This document shows positions 50,436 through 59,363 of a stretch of 64,000 nt of DNA, piece by piece. The DNA comes from Dehalococcoidia bacterium (lineage in GTDB: Bacteria; Chloroflexota; Dehalococcoidia; UBA6926). Made by a program: the position numbers and the translations under genes. Within the stretch, counting starts at the first letter, position 1; each line of letters starts with the position of its first letter. The notes below the pieces were generated by a model. That model was not told where the DNA came from and ran no database searches. It saw nothing but the letters and a program-made list of their open reading frames with translations. The stretch covers positions 32,001 to 96,000 of the forward strand of contig CAXXET010000006.1 of the NCBI GenBank assembly GCA_963666115.2, written 5' to 3'.

Positions 50436-51074
50436 GTGGCGCCCCGAATCATGAGTACGAGAATGAAGCTGAGCAGTGACAGCGTTGACATCCCGTCCAC
50501 CCCGGTAAGCGTCTACGAGGCGATCTTCCGCAGGCGGCACGTGAAGGAATTCACGTCCGACGACGTATCGCGCGAGACGCTGGAACGCCTCTTCGCCGCT
50601 GCCGTCTGGGCTCCCAATCACCGCCTCAACGAGCCGACGCGGTTCTTTGCAGTCCGGAAGGGCAGCCCAATGCGGTCGAGAATCGCCGACGCCGCCTGGC
50701 AGGCCGCCTACGACGGCGTCGCCAACCCCAACCCCGAGCAGAAGCGGCGCTCGGCGGATGATCTGAGAGAGCGAGTGATCACCGCTCCCGCCATGGTCTA
50801 CGTCTACAGCGTCAGGGGACTGGTTGAGGAGATCACCCTCGAAAACTACGCCAGTTCCTGCCTGGCCGTCCACAACATGGCGCTCGCCGCCGTTGCTGAA
50901 GGTCTCGCCCTCGGATGGAGCACCGGACGTCTGGCCAAACTCCCCGGCCTCGCTGACATCCTGGGCGCGAACGAAGACTGGATGATGGTGGGCGTCGTCT
51001 TCATCGGCAAGGCCGCCGAGGAGCCTGCGACCCAGCGAACACCGCACTCCGACCTCGTCACATGGTTTGAGTGA
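50436..51074 (+). CDS. Nitroreductase family protein
   Basis: AIFRRRH..F, AP.H.L.EP.RF, HNM.LAA.AEGL. Confidence 0.88.
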   Translation: MAPRIMSTRMKLSSDSVDIPSTPVSVYEAIFRRRHVKEFTSDDVSRETLERLFAAAVWAPNHRLNEPTRFFAVRKGSPMRSRIADAAWQAAYDGVANPNPEQKRRSADDLRERVITAPAMVYVYSVRGLVEEITLENYASSCLAVHNMALAAVAEGLALGWSTGRLAKLPGLADILGANEDWMMVGVVFIGKAAEEPATQRTPHSDLVTWFE

Positions 51075-51086
51075 GGAGTAAACACA

Positions 51087-51512
51087 ATGGTCGATAAGCC
51101 CGCCGCCAACGGCATCGTCTACCTCTCCGGCGGCAACCCGCAGATCGCCAAGGGGGACGGCGATGGCCCCGTGCAGGCGTACATCGCCGCCATGCCGGAA
51201 TGGAAGAGCGATGTTGGCCGGCGCCTCGATGAGCTCATCGTCCGTGCCGTGCCCCACGTTCGCAAGGCCGTCCGCTGGAACTCGCCCTTCTACGGCACGG
51301 AGGAACACGGCTGGTTCGTCAGCTACCACGTCTTCACCCGCTACATCAAGCTAACGTTCCTGAACGGCGCCGCCCTCAACCCCGTCCCCCCGGGCGCCGG
51401 CAAAGACCCAAATGCCCGCTGGATAGACCTCCACGAAGGCGATTTCGACGAAGCCCAACTAACAAACTGGTTCCGCCAATCCGCCAACCTCCCCGCCTGG
51501 AAAGGCTTCTAA
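51087..51512 (+). CDS. DUF1801-like protein
   Basis: LSGGNPQIAKGDGD, KAVRWNSPFYG. Confidence 0.8.
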   Translation: MVDKPAANGIVYLSGGNPQIAKGDGDGPVQAYIAAMPEWKSDVGRRLDELIVRAVPHVRKAVRWNSPFYGTEEHGWFVSYHVFTRYIKLTFLNGAALNPVPPGAGKDPNARWIDLHEGDFDEAQLTNWFRQSANLPAWKGF

Positions 51513-51883
51513 ACCGCCGCCCTCTCAGCCGCCAGCGCCTCTTTCGCCGTCTCCGCGATTCGCGCAAACCCCTGCGGGTCCCGGACCGCCAGGTCCGCCA
51601 TCATCTTGCGGTCCACCGCCACGTTCGCCAGCTTCAGGCCGTGGATCAGGTTGCCGTACGTGATGTCGTTCAGGCGAGCCGCCGCATTGATCCGCGTGAT
51701 CCAGAGCCGCCGGAAATCGCCCTTCCGCTCGCGCCGGTGCTCATAGGCGTATTGCCAGGAGTGCAGCAGGGACTCCTGCGCCCGCCGGAACAGCTTGTGC
51801 CGGGAGCCCCACTGCCCCTTCATCAGGTGGATGACTTCCTTGTGCCGGCGGCGCGCTCGCGGCCCGCCCTTGATTCGGGTCAT
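51509..51883 (-). CDS. rplT: 50S ribosomal protein L20
   Basis: RKGDFRRLWITRINAA, DRKMMADLA. Confidence 0.97.
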   Translation of the reverse strand: MTRIKGGPRARRRHKEVIHLMKGQWGSRHKLFRRAQESLLHSWQYAYEHRRERKGDFRRLWITRINAAARLNDITYGNLIHGLKLANVAVDRKMMADLAVRDPQGFARIAETAKEALAAERAAV

Positions 51884-51924
51884 GTCGGTAATCCTCTCTA
51901 CAGATACGAGATTGAGCGCACAGC

Positions 51925-52131
51925 CTACGGCCCGTACGGCAGCAGACGCTGCACGCGCCGCCTGTCCGCCGGGCTCAGCGGCATCTCATCGCCGTACAGC
52001 CGCTTCACGTCCTTCGGCTTGCGGCGGCGCAGATGGCTCTGGTGCCCCTTGCGCTTCGTCAGCTTGCCGGAGCCGGTCATGCCGATCCGCTTCTGTGTGC
52101 CCTTGTGCGTCTTGAGTTTGTACTTTGCCAT
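51925..52131 (-). CDS. rpmI: 50S ribosomal protein L35
   Basis: KLKTHKG..KR...TGSGK; lies between infC and rplT. Confidence 0.96.
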   Translation of the reverse strand: MAKYKLKTHKGTQKRIGMTGSGKLTKRKGHQSHLRRRKPKDVKRLYGDEMPLSPADRRRVQRLLPYGP

Positions 52132-52175
52132 GACGATATACCTGTCCCGCGCCTCTAACCGGTCTGGTTCGTTCC

Positions 52176-52775
52176 CTAGTCGGCTGGCCCCGCCGCTGCT
52201 GCTGCCTCCTCGGCCTCCTCGTCGGCAGGAGCCTCAACTGCCTGCTTGGACGGCGCGGCGCTCTTGCGCTTCAGGGGAGCCAGGATCATGCTCATGCCCC
52301 GGCCCTCCAACTGCGGCGCAGTGTCGATTCCCGCGATGTCCTCCACCTTGTCCAACACCTTCTTCAACAGATTGATCGCCAACTCGGGATGCGTCGACTC
52401 CCGTCCCCGGAAGATCACGGACACCTTGACCTTGTCCCCGCCGTCGATCAGCTTCCGCACCGTGCGCGTCTTGAAATCGATATCGTGCTGCCCGATCTTG
52501 GGGCGGAGCCGCACCTCGCCGAGTTCCTGCGTGTGCTGTCCCTTGCGGAGCTCCCGCTCCTTCTTGGACTGCTCGTAGCGATACCGGCCGTAATCGAGAA
52601 CGCGGCAAACGGGGGGCTGCGCTCCCGGAGCCACCTCTACCAGGTCAAGGCCCCGATCCTGCGCCAACCGAATGGCATCCGCTGTCTGCATCACTCCAAC
52701 CCGTTCCCCCGTGTCGGTCACCACAAGCACTTCCGGCACGGTGATGCGTTGGTTGACGCGATAATCCCTCGGTAT
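52176..52775 (-). CDS. infC: Translation initiation factor IF-3, probable AUA start
   Basis: GLDLVEVAP..PPVC, HD..FK, KVKV...FRGRE; GAGGGAG 5 nt before an in-frame ATA. Confidence 0.95.
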   Translation of the reverse strand: MPRDYRVNQRITVPEVLVVTDTGERVGVMQTADAIRLAQDRGLDLVEVAPGAQPPVCRVLDYGRYRYEQSKKERELRKGQHTQELGEVRLRPKIGQHDIDFKTRTVRKLIDGGDKVKVSVIFRGRESTHPELAINLLKKVLDKVEDIAGIDTAPQLEGRGMSMILAPLKRKSAAPSKQAVEAPADEEAEEAAAAAGPAD

Positions 52776-52881
52776 GTCTGCTCCCTCTCTGTGTCTCGCA
52801 GTCCTATCGTTCAAGCACGTACTCTACAATCCGCTAGTTCAAGCGTCAAGAACGGGCGTGACGCGCAGGATGCCTCTTTCC

Positions 52882-55278
52882 CTACCGCAGCACCCCGTCC
52901 TCTATCCCCTTGCTCACCTGCTCATCGGACAAACCGAGCACGCTCCTGTACACATACTCATTGTCCTCCCCGATCCAAGGCGCGCGGTTCGCCGCCGTTG
53001 CCTGTGACAGGGAGAGAATGGCCGGTAGCCCGTGATGCGACAGCGTCCCCCACGTCGTGTGCGTGGACTGCACGATGTGCCCGCGCTCTCGCAGGTGCGG
53101 GTCGTGGTACAGATCCTCGCTGTTCATCGCCACGCCCGCCGGCACGCCCACCTTCTGGAGCATGTGCAGTAGCTGGTGCGACGTGAACGCCCTTGCCCAC
53201 TCGCTTATCTCGTGGTCGATTTCGTCACGGTTCGCGCGCCGCCCGGCCGCATCGGCAAATCGGGGATCGTCCGCCCACTGCGGCGCGCCCATCGCCGCCG
53301 CCAGCGCGCGCCACTGCTCATTCGTCTCGCACGCGATCACGATCCACGTATCCGGATACAGGCACGCATACGCCCCGTACGGCGCATAGTGGGCGTTTAT
53401 CGGCTCGTCATACCCGACGCTGCCCCAAATGTTCCCGTTGATCGTGTAGTCCAGGATGGCCGGCCCCATCATCGATCCCTGGCCGTCCACCTGCGCGATC
53501 TCGATGAACTGCCCGCGCCCCGTCACGTCCCGGTACTCCAGCGCCGCAGCGGTTGAGAGCGCGACGAACGCCGCCCCCACATAGTCCGGTATCACGCCCT
53601 TCGCGTGGTTCTGCATCGGCGAGTCCGGGTGTCCCCACAGCAGCGACAGCCCCGTCACCGCCTGCAGGTTGTTCCCGTACGTTACCCAGTTGTTCAGCGG
53701 CCCCTCAGACCCCATCCCCGGCATCCCGATCTGGATGATGCCCGGGTTGATTGTCGCAAGATCGTCGTAGCCCAGCCCGAGCCGCTTCATAACCGTCGCG
53801 CTGAAGTTGTCGACGACGACGTCGCTGTCCCTGGCCAGTCGGCGGAACAGGTCCTTGCCGCCGTCCGACCGCAAATCGAGGGTGCAGCTCAGCTTGTTGC
53901 GGTTCATGTCCGGGAAGAGCGGGCGCGTCGGCTCGCGGTTCGCCTCCAGGCTTTGGGACTCCACCTTGATGACCTCCGCCCCGTAAAAGCCGAGGAACAT
54001 CGTGCCGATAGGCCCCGCGAACGCCCGTGTGATGTCCGCCACGCGGATGCCGTCCAACAGCGCCGCGTCCGGCGCCTTGCCATTCGTTGGGGCAGGGTAC
54101 GTGTCACGCCGCGGCGCAACCGAATCAATCTCCGCCAGCACCTCATCTCGATGCTGGTCCAGCAGCGGGGCAGGGCGCGTCTGGTTCCACGGCGTGGCGG
54201 ACATGATGAACGGTTGCCCCGGCGTCTCGTACTCGCCAACGACGGGATGCGTCACCTTCTGGAACCAGCCCCGTGACCGCATATGGTCGTCCGTTACAAA
54301 ATCCTCGAACGTGTTGACGGGACAGCACGCCAGCCCCAGCCGCTGCGCCTCCTCCACGAACTCATCGCGGTCGAACTGCTCCACGAACGACTGGATCAGC
54401 ACCTGCGCCAGGTCCTCGTTGTCCGTCCGGTATTGGGACGAATCCCAGTCATCGCCGGACAACACCGCGTCCTCCATCCACTGCCGTGACAGGACACGCC
54501 AATGCCCAGTCATGAAGATCGCGATCTGGACGTACTTGTCATCCTTCGTCCGATAGATATTCGCCGGCCCGCCGCGCGGCCCCTGGCGCAACACGATCTC
54601 GCTCCGCTGGCTGTACCGCGCAATCGTGCCGACCGTTGCGAACGTCAGCGCCTCCTGCAACGACAGGTCGACGCGCTGCCCCCGCCCCGTTGCACGCCGG
54701 TGCCGTATCGCGTTGATCGCCAGGTACGCCCCGTGTACGGCCGCAAGCTGCGCCCCGATTTGGCATGGCAGCACGACTGGCGCGCGCGTATCGTCGCCCT
54801 GGCTCATCATCACGCCGGACATGGCGGAGATCACCGCCTCATTCGCCGCAAAGTGGCTGAACGGCCCCGTCTGCCCGAACGGCGTCAGCGAGACCGTCAC
54901 GAGCCCCGGATTCAGCGCCTCCAGCCGCTCATCGTCGATGCCAAGCCCTGCAAGCTGCCCCGGCGGCGTGCATTCCACGAAAATATCCGCCCGCTCGATC
55001 AGCTTCTCAAGCGTCTCCCGCGCGCCCGCCTCCCCGATATCGAGCACGATGCTCCGACGATTCAGATTCGCGTTCAGGAACGGAATACTGCGCTCAGGAT
55101 CGGCGATATCCCCCGCGAACGGCGCGTGCATCCGGTTCGGATCGCCCCCCGGCGGCTCCACCTTGATAACGTCCGCGCCGAGCCCCGCAAGATACCCCGC
55201 GCAATACGCCGCAGGTATCTCCCCAATCTCAACAACCCGCAAATGCCCCAGCGCCGTATCTGCCCCACCATTAGTCAT
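52882..55278 (-). CDS. Double-domain CaiB/BaiF CoA-transferase
   Basis: Two family III repeats (GADVIKVEPP/NRRS; GAEVIKVES/RNKLS); Asp only in domain 2 (VIPDYVG). Confidence 0.92.
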   Translation of the reverse strand: MTNGGADTALGHLRVVEIGEIPAAYCAGYLAGLGADVIKVEPPGGDPNRMHAPFAGDIADPERSIPFLNANLNRRSIVLDIGEAGARETLEKLIERADIFVECTPPGQLAGLGIDDERLEALNPGLVTVSLTPFGQTGPFSHFAANEAVISAMSGVMMSQGDDTRAPVVLPCQIGAQLAAVHGAYLAINAIRHRRATGRGQRVDLSLQEALTFATVGTIARYSQRSEIVLRQGPRGGPANIYRTKDDKYVQIAIFMTGHWRVLSRQWMEDAVLSGDDWDSSQYRTDNEDLAQVLIQSFVEQFDRDEFVEEAQRLGLACCPVNTFEDFVTDDHMRSRGWFQKVTHPVVGEYETPGQPFIMSATPWNQTRPAPLLDQHRDEVLAEIDSVAPRRDTYPAPTNGKAPDAALLDGIRVADITRAFAGPIGTMFLGFYGAEVIKVESQSLEANREPTRPLFPDMNRNKLSCTLDLRSDGGKDLFRRLARDSDVVVDNFSATVMKRLGLGYDDLATINPGIIQIGMPGMGSEGPLNNWVTYGNNLQAVTGLSLLWGHPDSPMQNHAKGVIPDYVGAAFVALSTAAALEYRDVTGRGQFIEIAQVDGQGSMMGPAILDYTINGNIWGSVGYDEPINAHYAPYGAYACLYPDTWIVIACETNEQWRALAAAMGAPQWADDPRFADAAGRRANRDEIDHEISEWARAFTSHQLLHMLQKVGVPAGVAMNSEDLYHDPHLRERGHIVQSTHTTWGTLSHHGLPAILSLSQATAANRAPWIGEDNEYVYRSVLGLSDEQVSKGIEDGVLR

Positions 55279-55307
55279 AGCCACACTCCCCACCCATTAG
55301 GCGCATT

Positions 55308-55431
55308 CGTCATTCCCGCGAAAGCGGGAAACCAGAATCCCCACCCCCCAAATCTGCGAGTACGATAGGCGTCCCACCCCCACGGGTCAAGGATGGAGCG
55401 CCACTCCGCTCACCCTGAGCCTGTCGAAGGG
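55308..55431 (+). repeat. REP-like family A (55308-55334) and family B (55406-55431) copies
   Basis: cgtcattcccgcgaaagcgggaa; ccgctcaccctgagcctgtcgaaggg. Confidence 0.85.
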
Positions 55432-55460
55432 CCCCCATTGCCCAACCATTTCCCCATCGT

Positions 55461-55500
55461 TATAGTCAAAAGGGTAGACTCAAAACAAACCGTCTACCCT
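55461..55500 (+). promoter_or_regulatory. vapBC promoter -10 (TATAGT) and operator inverted repeat
   Basis: agggtagac-N12-gtctaccct between the -10 and the GAGG ribosome-binding site. Confidence 0.7.
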
Positions 55501-55510
55501 GAGGTACGCC

Positions 55511-55804
55511 ATGAGCCTAAACATCAAGAACGAAGAAACCTGCCGCCTCGCCGAAGAACTAGCCGCCCTCACCAAAGAAAACAAAACCCAGGCCATCACC
55601 ATCGCCCTCCGTGAGCGCCTTGACCGGGAACGGGAGCGGCTTACGGAATTTGACCGATCCTTGGAAGGTTGGCTTCACTGGAAAGAGGAACGACGCAAGG
55701 AAACTGCCGACATGCACCGCCGGCTTGCGCCGCATCTGAGCCCCACCCCCTCCTCACAGGAGCTTCTCGACTCTCTCTATGGCGAGCACGGTGAACCGAA
55801 GTGA
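55511..55804 (+). CDS. vapB: VapB-family antitoxin (Rv0623-like)
   Basis: MSLNIKN.E..RLA.ELA.LT.E.KT.AI..AL.ERL, LY.E.G.P; GTGA overlap with vapC. Confidence 0.9.
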   Translation: MSLNIKNEETCRLAEELAALTKENKTQAITIALRERLDRERERLTEFDRSLEGWLHWKEERRKETADMHRRLAPHLSPTPSSQELLDSLYGEHGEPK

Positions 55805-56187
55805 TCGTCGATTCATCTGCGGTCTGCGCCATCCTGTTGAGAGAGACTGATGGCCCCTATTTTGAAGAAGCGCTATTCCGTGTGCACGGTCTCCGTATGT
55901 CTGCGTTCAATGTCCTTGAATCCGCCATCGTGTTGGAAAGTCGGCTGGGCCCGGCAGGCGGCGTAGAATTCGATGGATTCCTTCAGCGCGAATCCATCGA
56001 AATCGTCCCCGTCACCGCCGAACACGTCACCGCCGCCCGCCGCGCCTGGCGAGAATTCGGTAAAGGCAACCACCCCGCCGCCCTCAACCTCGGCGATTGC
56101 CTGGCCTACGCCCTCTCACGAATAACCCAGGAACCCCTCCTCTACAAAGGCCAGGACTTCCCCCACACAGATGTGCATTCAGCCTAG
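55801..56187 (+). CDS. vapC: VapC PIN-domain toxin
   Basis: IVDSSA..AIL..E, GKG.HPA.LN.GDC.AYA, LLYKG.DF..TD. Confidence 0.94.
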   Translation: MIVDSSAVCAILLRETDGPYFEEALFRVHGLRMSAFNVLESAIVLESRLGPAGGVEFDGFLQRESIEIVPVTAEHVTAARRAWREFGKGNHPAALNLGDCLAYALSRITQEPLLYKGQDFPHTDVHSA

Positions 56188-56196
56188 CCCCCAAAC

Positions 56197-56387
56197 CGTC
56201 ATTCCGGCGAAGGCCGGAATCCACCGCGTGGCTTGTCAGGGCCACCACCCCCGCTCACCCTGAGCTTATCGAAGGGTCGCCCCTCCGTCATTCCCGCGAA
56301 AGCGGGAATCCGAATCGCATTGTGCAGCCAAATCCGGTAACGCCACCCATCCACATGCTCATGTCGTTCCGTGCGCAGCGAAGAATC
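56197..56387 (+). repeat. REP-like cluster: A (56197-56223), B (56251-56276), A (56286-56311), D (56362-56387)
   Basis: Units match other copies in the window. Confidence 0.85.
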
Positions 56388-56454
56388 CAAAGCCTCCATC
56401 CGCAAACCAACCGCCTAACCGCCCCGCAACGATCCAACGGTCACAGATGGCAGG

Positions 56455-56880
56455 CTAGTCCGGCGTGCTCCCATCTCGCTCGGCATTCAGGTGAGACAAG
56501 AGGCGATTGATCCCGTCGTCGATCTCACATCCCCAGATAATAAAGACCGTCCACCCCTTCTCCCTTAGCGCCGCCTGATTTGCAGCGTCACGGCGGAGCG
56601 TGCCATCGAGCTTGGCATTCCAGAAGTCCGTATTGGTGGTGGGGCGACGTTGCCCCTTGCGACAATTGTGTCCGTGCCAGAAGCAGCCTTGGACCAAAAC
56701 CGCTGTGCGGTAGCGTGACAATGCAAGGTCAGGCGAGCCGGGGAGCCTGCGGACATTGACCCGATACCGAAAGCCCGCGTGCCAGACAGCATGACGCACC
56801 TTGAGTTCAGGGCCGGTGCCACGGTTCCTGACCCGCGACATCAACTCGGATCGTTCCGCACGACTCAGGAAGTCCGCCAT
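56455..56880 (-). CDS. vsr: Very short patch repair endonuclease
   Basis: RS.LMSRV...T.PE, LPGSPD, GCFWHGH.C, FW..K; V.G.W region slightly divergent. Confidence 0.92.
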   Translation of the reverse strand: MADFLSRAERSELMSRVRNRGTGPELKVRHAVWHAGFRYRVNVRRLPGSPDLALSRYRTAVLVQGCFWHGHNCRKGQRRPTTNTDFWNAKLDGTLRRDAANQAALREKGWTVFIIWGCEIDDGINRLLSHLNAERDGSTPD

Positions 56881-56918
56881 GTCAGCTAATCGTCAGGGCC
56901 GGCTACTAAAGGCCAGCG

Positions 56919-59363
56919 TTAGTTTTCTTCATCTTGCAACCGCGCAAAATAAGCCGGCAAAGTTCTTACTAGGAAAGGCATTATCAAAGCAATTGCTCTA
57001 GCGTTAACTTGATGGATATTAGCTTCGATATTGCGCATATTCTCCTGAGCCTCTCCTTCTAGTGTTTCACAGTGATCATCAAACTTCTTTTTCATCGATA
57101 GCATAGCGAGCACCATGCCATTGCGGAACATAGCAATTGTCTGCTCGCGCTGCGCCTTTTGTTGCTTACTGATGGCGGTTTGCAGCGAAACATTGTCAAA
57201 ATTCACCAAGTAGCGCGATTTGTCGACGGACAAGACCTCAACCTTTCCACCATCTTGGTCGTCGAAGCTAGGAGGCCACACCTCGCTAGTCTCCTCTCCA
57301 ACCCTTCTGCCATCCTTGGTTGTCCAAACCGAATGAGGTATTGCTAGGCGCGGCCGCTCTTTGGATTGCCGCTCGCGACGGAGCTTTTCTCGTTTTTTCG
57401 TCAAGACAAGGTCAACGGTGTCTGTCAATCGACCTTCGGGCAAGTTTTTGTCGGAAAAGCGGGCTACCAGCTTCAGCTTTTGGCCTGGCCTTGCGCTGTT
57501 GTCTAGCGTCTGCAGTCCAACCAAAAATCTGCCATCCTTGAGCCGCATCGAACTGCGGATCGTTACATTAGAAGGACGGAATCGCCGTGGGCTTATTAGT
57601 CGGGAGCGGCGACGGTTCCGGAGTAGCCGTTTACGGAAACGGGACAACCGTGACAACGAGCGGCGCGGTACTTTGGGTTCGATCTTCACGTCAGGGGTTC
57701 CAGAGTCCTCAGAGCGTGAAAAGTACGCATTTTCGGCGTCGGTGTGGAATGGTACTTCAAAGCGCTCACCGATTTCGAGTTCAATAGGCTGACGACTCTT
57801 GTAATCAGGATAAAGACACAAATACGTGGGTGTATAGTTTCCTTCATAGGGAATGTTCGGTTCGGATGACGGGAGCCGTAGTGTGAGGGGCCCTCCCAGC
57901 CCGAAGAGATTCTGGAGTTCTGGTGCCTGGCGTAGTAGGCGTTGAAAGGAATCACTCTGGGCTTTGCGCGCAGCTTCATCGATCTTCTCAGCCGCTTTAG
58001 CTTGTTCCCACTCCTTCAAGCCTTCTGATTGCCTTAGGGCGTCGTCGATTATTTCAGTGTACCGTTCGTTTTCCGCAGTTCCCATTCTCCTTTCGCGGTC
58101 GGGGCTAAATACTTTATAGAAGGCACTACCATTCAGCCCGCTGGCATCGATCAAAATCGCCACATTATCAACGAGGCCGGGCAATTTGATAGTCTGAGAC
58201 AAGTAACCCTTTTTCTGCTTATTCTGGACTTGCCCATTCACATGATGAAACACTCGATCCGTGGAACTTCTGAGAGCCTCAGGCATTCGATCCAGCAAGA
58301 TGGCATCAATGACGATATTCCCAAGCAAAGGATCTGTAATTTCCCGTACGCGTAACCTCTCGGCATGTTCGCTGCCGGAACGTGTGAGTTCTGCCTCAAG
58401 ACCCAATGCTGTCCTTTCGTCCACGAATCGGGCACGGCCTGTGCGGTCCGAACGAATATAGCGATAATCCATTAGCCGGAACGGCAGAGTGGTCGAGACC
58501 ATATTTTGTGCTATTCCATTGCGAATCCCGATGAAGTCTCGTTGCCCGTCGATTTTGTAGTCATAGACCTTGACGATTGTGCCAGTGTTGGCTTTGGTCG
58601 CTGGATCAGCCTCCCCATCCTTGTTGCGCAGAGGTGAGATGGGACCCCCGTACTCGAATGTGGGAACGCGACCCTTAGGACTAAAGTACTCGTAGATAGG
58701 GTGGTCTGGGCTATTCGGCCTCTCTCGTACTACTGTCCAGCCCCAAGGGCGAATCGCGCTATGCTGACGCGAGACGATAAGTTTGTAACCCTTCTGCCCA
58801 CAGTAACGGAGGACACCAGATGAGCCCATGTTGTATTTGCCTTGTACGTACGGAAGCCCGGACTTTAGCTTACTGCTGAGGCTAAGGAATGTTTCTGGAA
58901 AAGTCTCAGATGCTTGTCCTTCGCCGTTATCGACGATGGTGAAGCAAGACGAATCTGGTTCGCCCGTGATGCCGATGATCAGATTGTCTCTAGCGAATTG
59001 CAATAGGTCCGACTCGTTTATGTCTCCCAGCCGACCAGAGTGTTCTGCACCCCTGAGTCTGTCTTTGAAAAGAGATTTGACGGCTTCTTGCGGAGACTGC
59101 GGGGCGGTTGCATCTTTAGGTTGTACGCCAGCCAAACTGGCGGCTTTCATTATCATTGCATCGGAAGCGTTCGTGAGGAGTTCTGTGAGGGCCTTACTCG
59201 CCGAAGAAGACTGGTTGTGGATGGTGTTGAAATTCGTCTCCCGGCCGTCGACAAGTGACCAGTTCTCAGGATCACTGAGTTCAGTGCTGGCTGCTATTAT
59301 CGCGTCGACCTCCGCCTCAGATTCGGCCTGGAGAAGGCTGAAGCACAATTCCTTGCTGTTCAA
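56919..59363 (-). CDS. Large GHKL (MORC/HSP90-like) ATPase with uncharacterised C-terminal region
   Basis: N-box ELLTNASDA, G1 DNGEG, G2 GKYNMGSSG, G3 TGT; TTG start overlapping the methylase stop (TTGA). Confidence 0.8.
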   Translation of the reverse strand: MNSKELCFSLLQAESEAEVDAIIAASTELSDPENWSLVDGRETNFNTIHNQSSSASKALTELLTNASDAMIMKAASLAGVQPKDATAPQSPQEAVKSLFKDRLRGAEHSGRLGDINESDLLQFARDNLIIGITGEPDSSCFTIVDNGEGQASETFPETFLSLSSKLKSGLPYVQGKYNMGSSGVLRYCGQKGYKLIVSRQHSAIRPWGWTVVRERPNSPDHPIYEYFSPKGRVPTFEYGGPISPLRNKDGEADPATKANTGTIVKVYDYKIDGQRDFIGIRNGIAQNMVSTTLPFRLMDYRYIRSDRTGRARFVDERTALGLEAELTRSGSEHAERLRVREITDPLLGNIVIDAILLDRMPEALRSSTDRVFHHVNGQVQNKQKKGYLSQTIKLPGLVDNVAILIDASGLNGSAFYKVFSPDRERRMGTAENERYTEIIDDALRQSEGLKEWEQAKAAEKIDEAARKAQSDSFQRLLRQAPELQNLFGLGGPLTLRLPSSEPNIPYEGNYTPTYLCLYPDYKSRQPIELEIGERFEVPFHTDAENAYFSRSEDSGTPDVKIEPKVPRRSLSRLSRFRKRLLRNRRRSRLISPRRFRPSNVTIRSSMRLKDGRFLVGLQTLDNSARPGQKLKLVARFSDKNLPEGRLTDTVDLVLTKKREKLRRERQSKERPRLAIPHSVWTTKDGRRVGEETSEVWPPSFDDQDGGKVEVLSVDKSRYLVNFDNVSLQTAISKQQKAQREQTIAMFRNGMVLAMLSMKKKFDDHCETLEGEAQENMRNIEANIHQVNARAIALIMPFLVRTLPAYFARLQDEEN

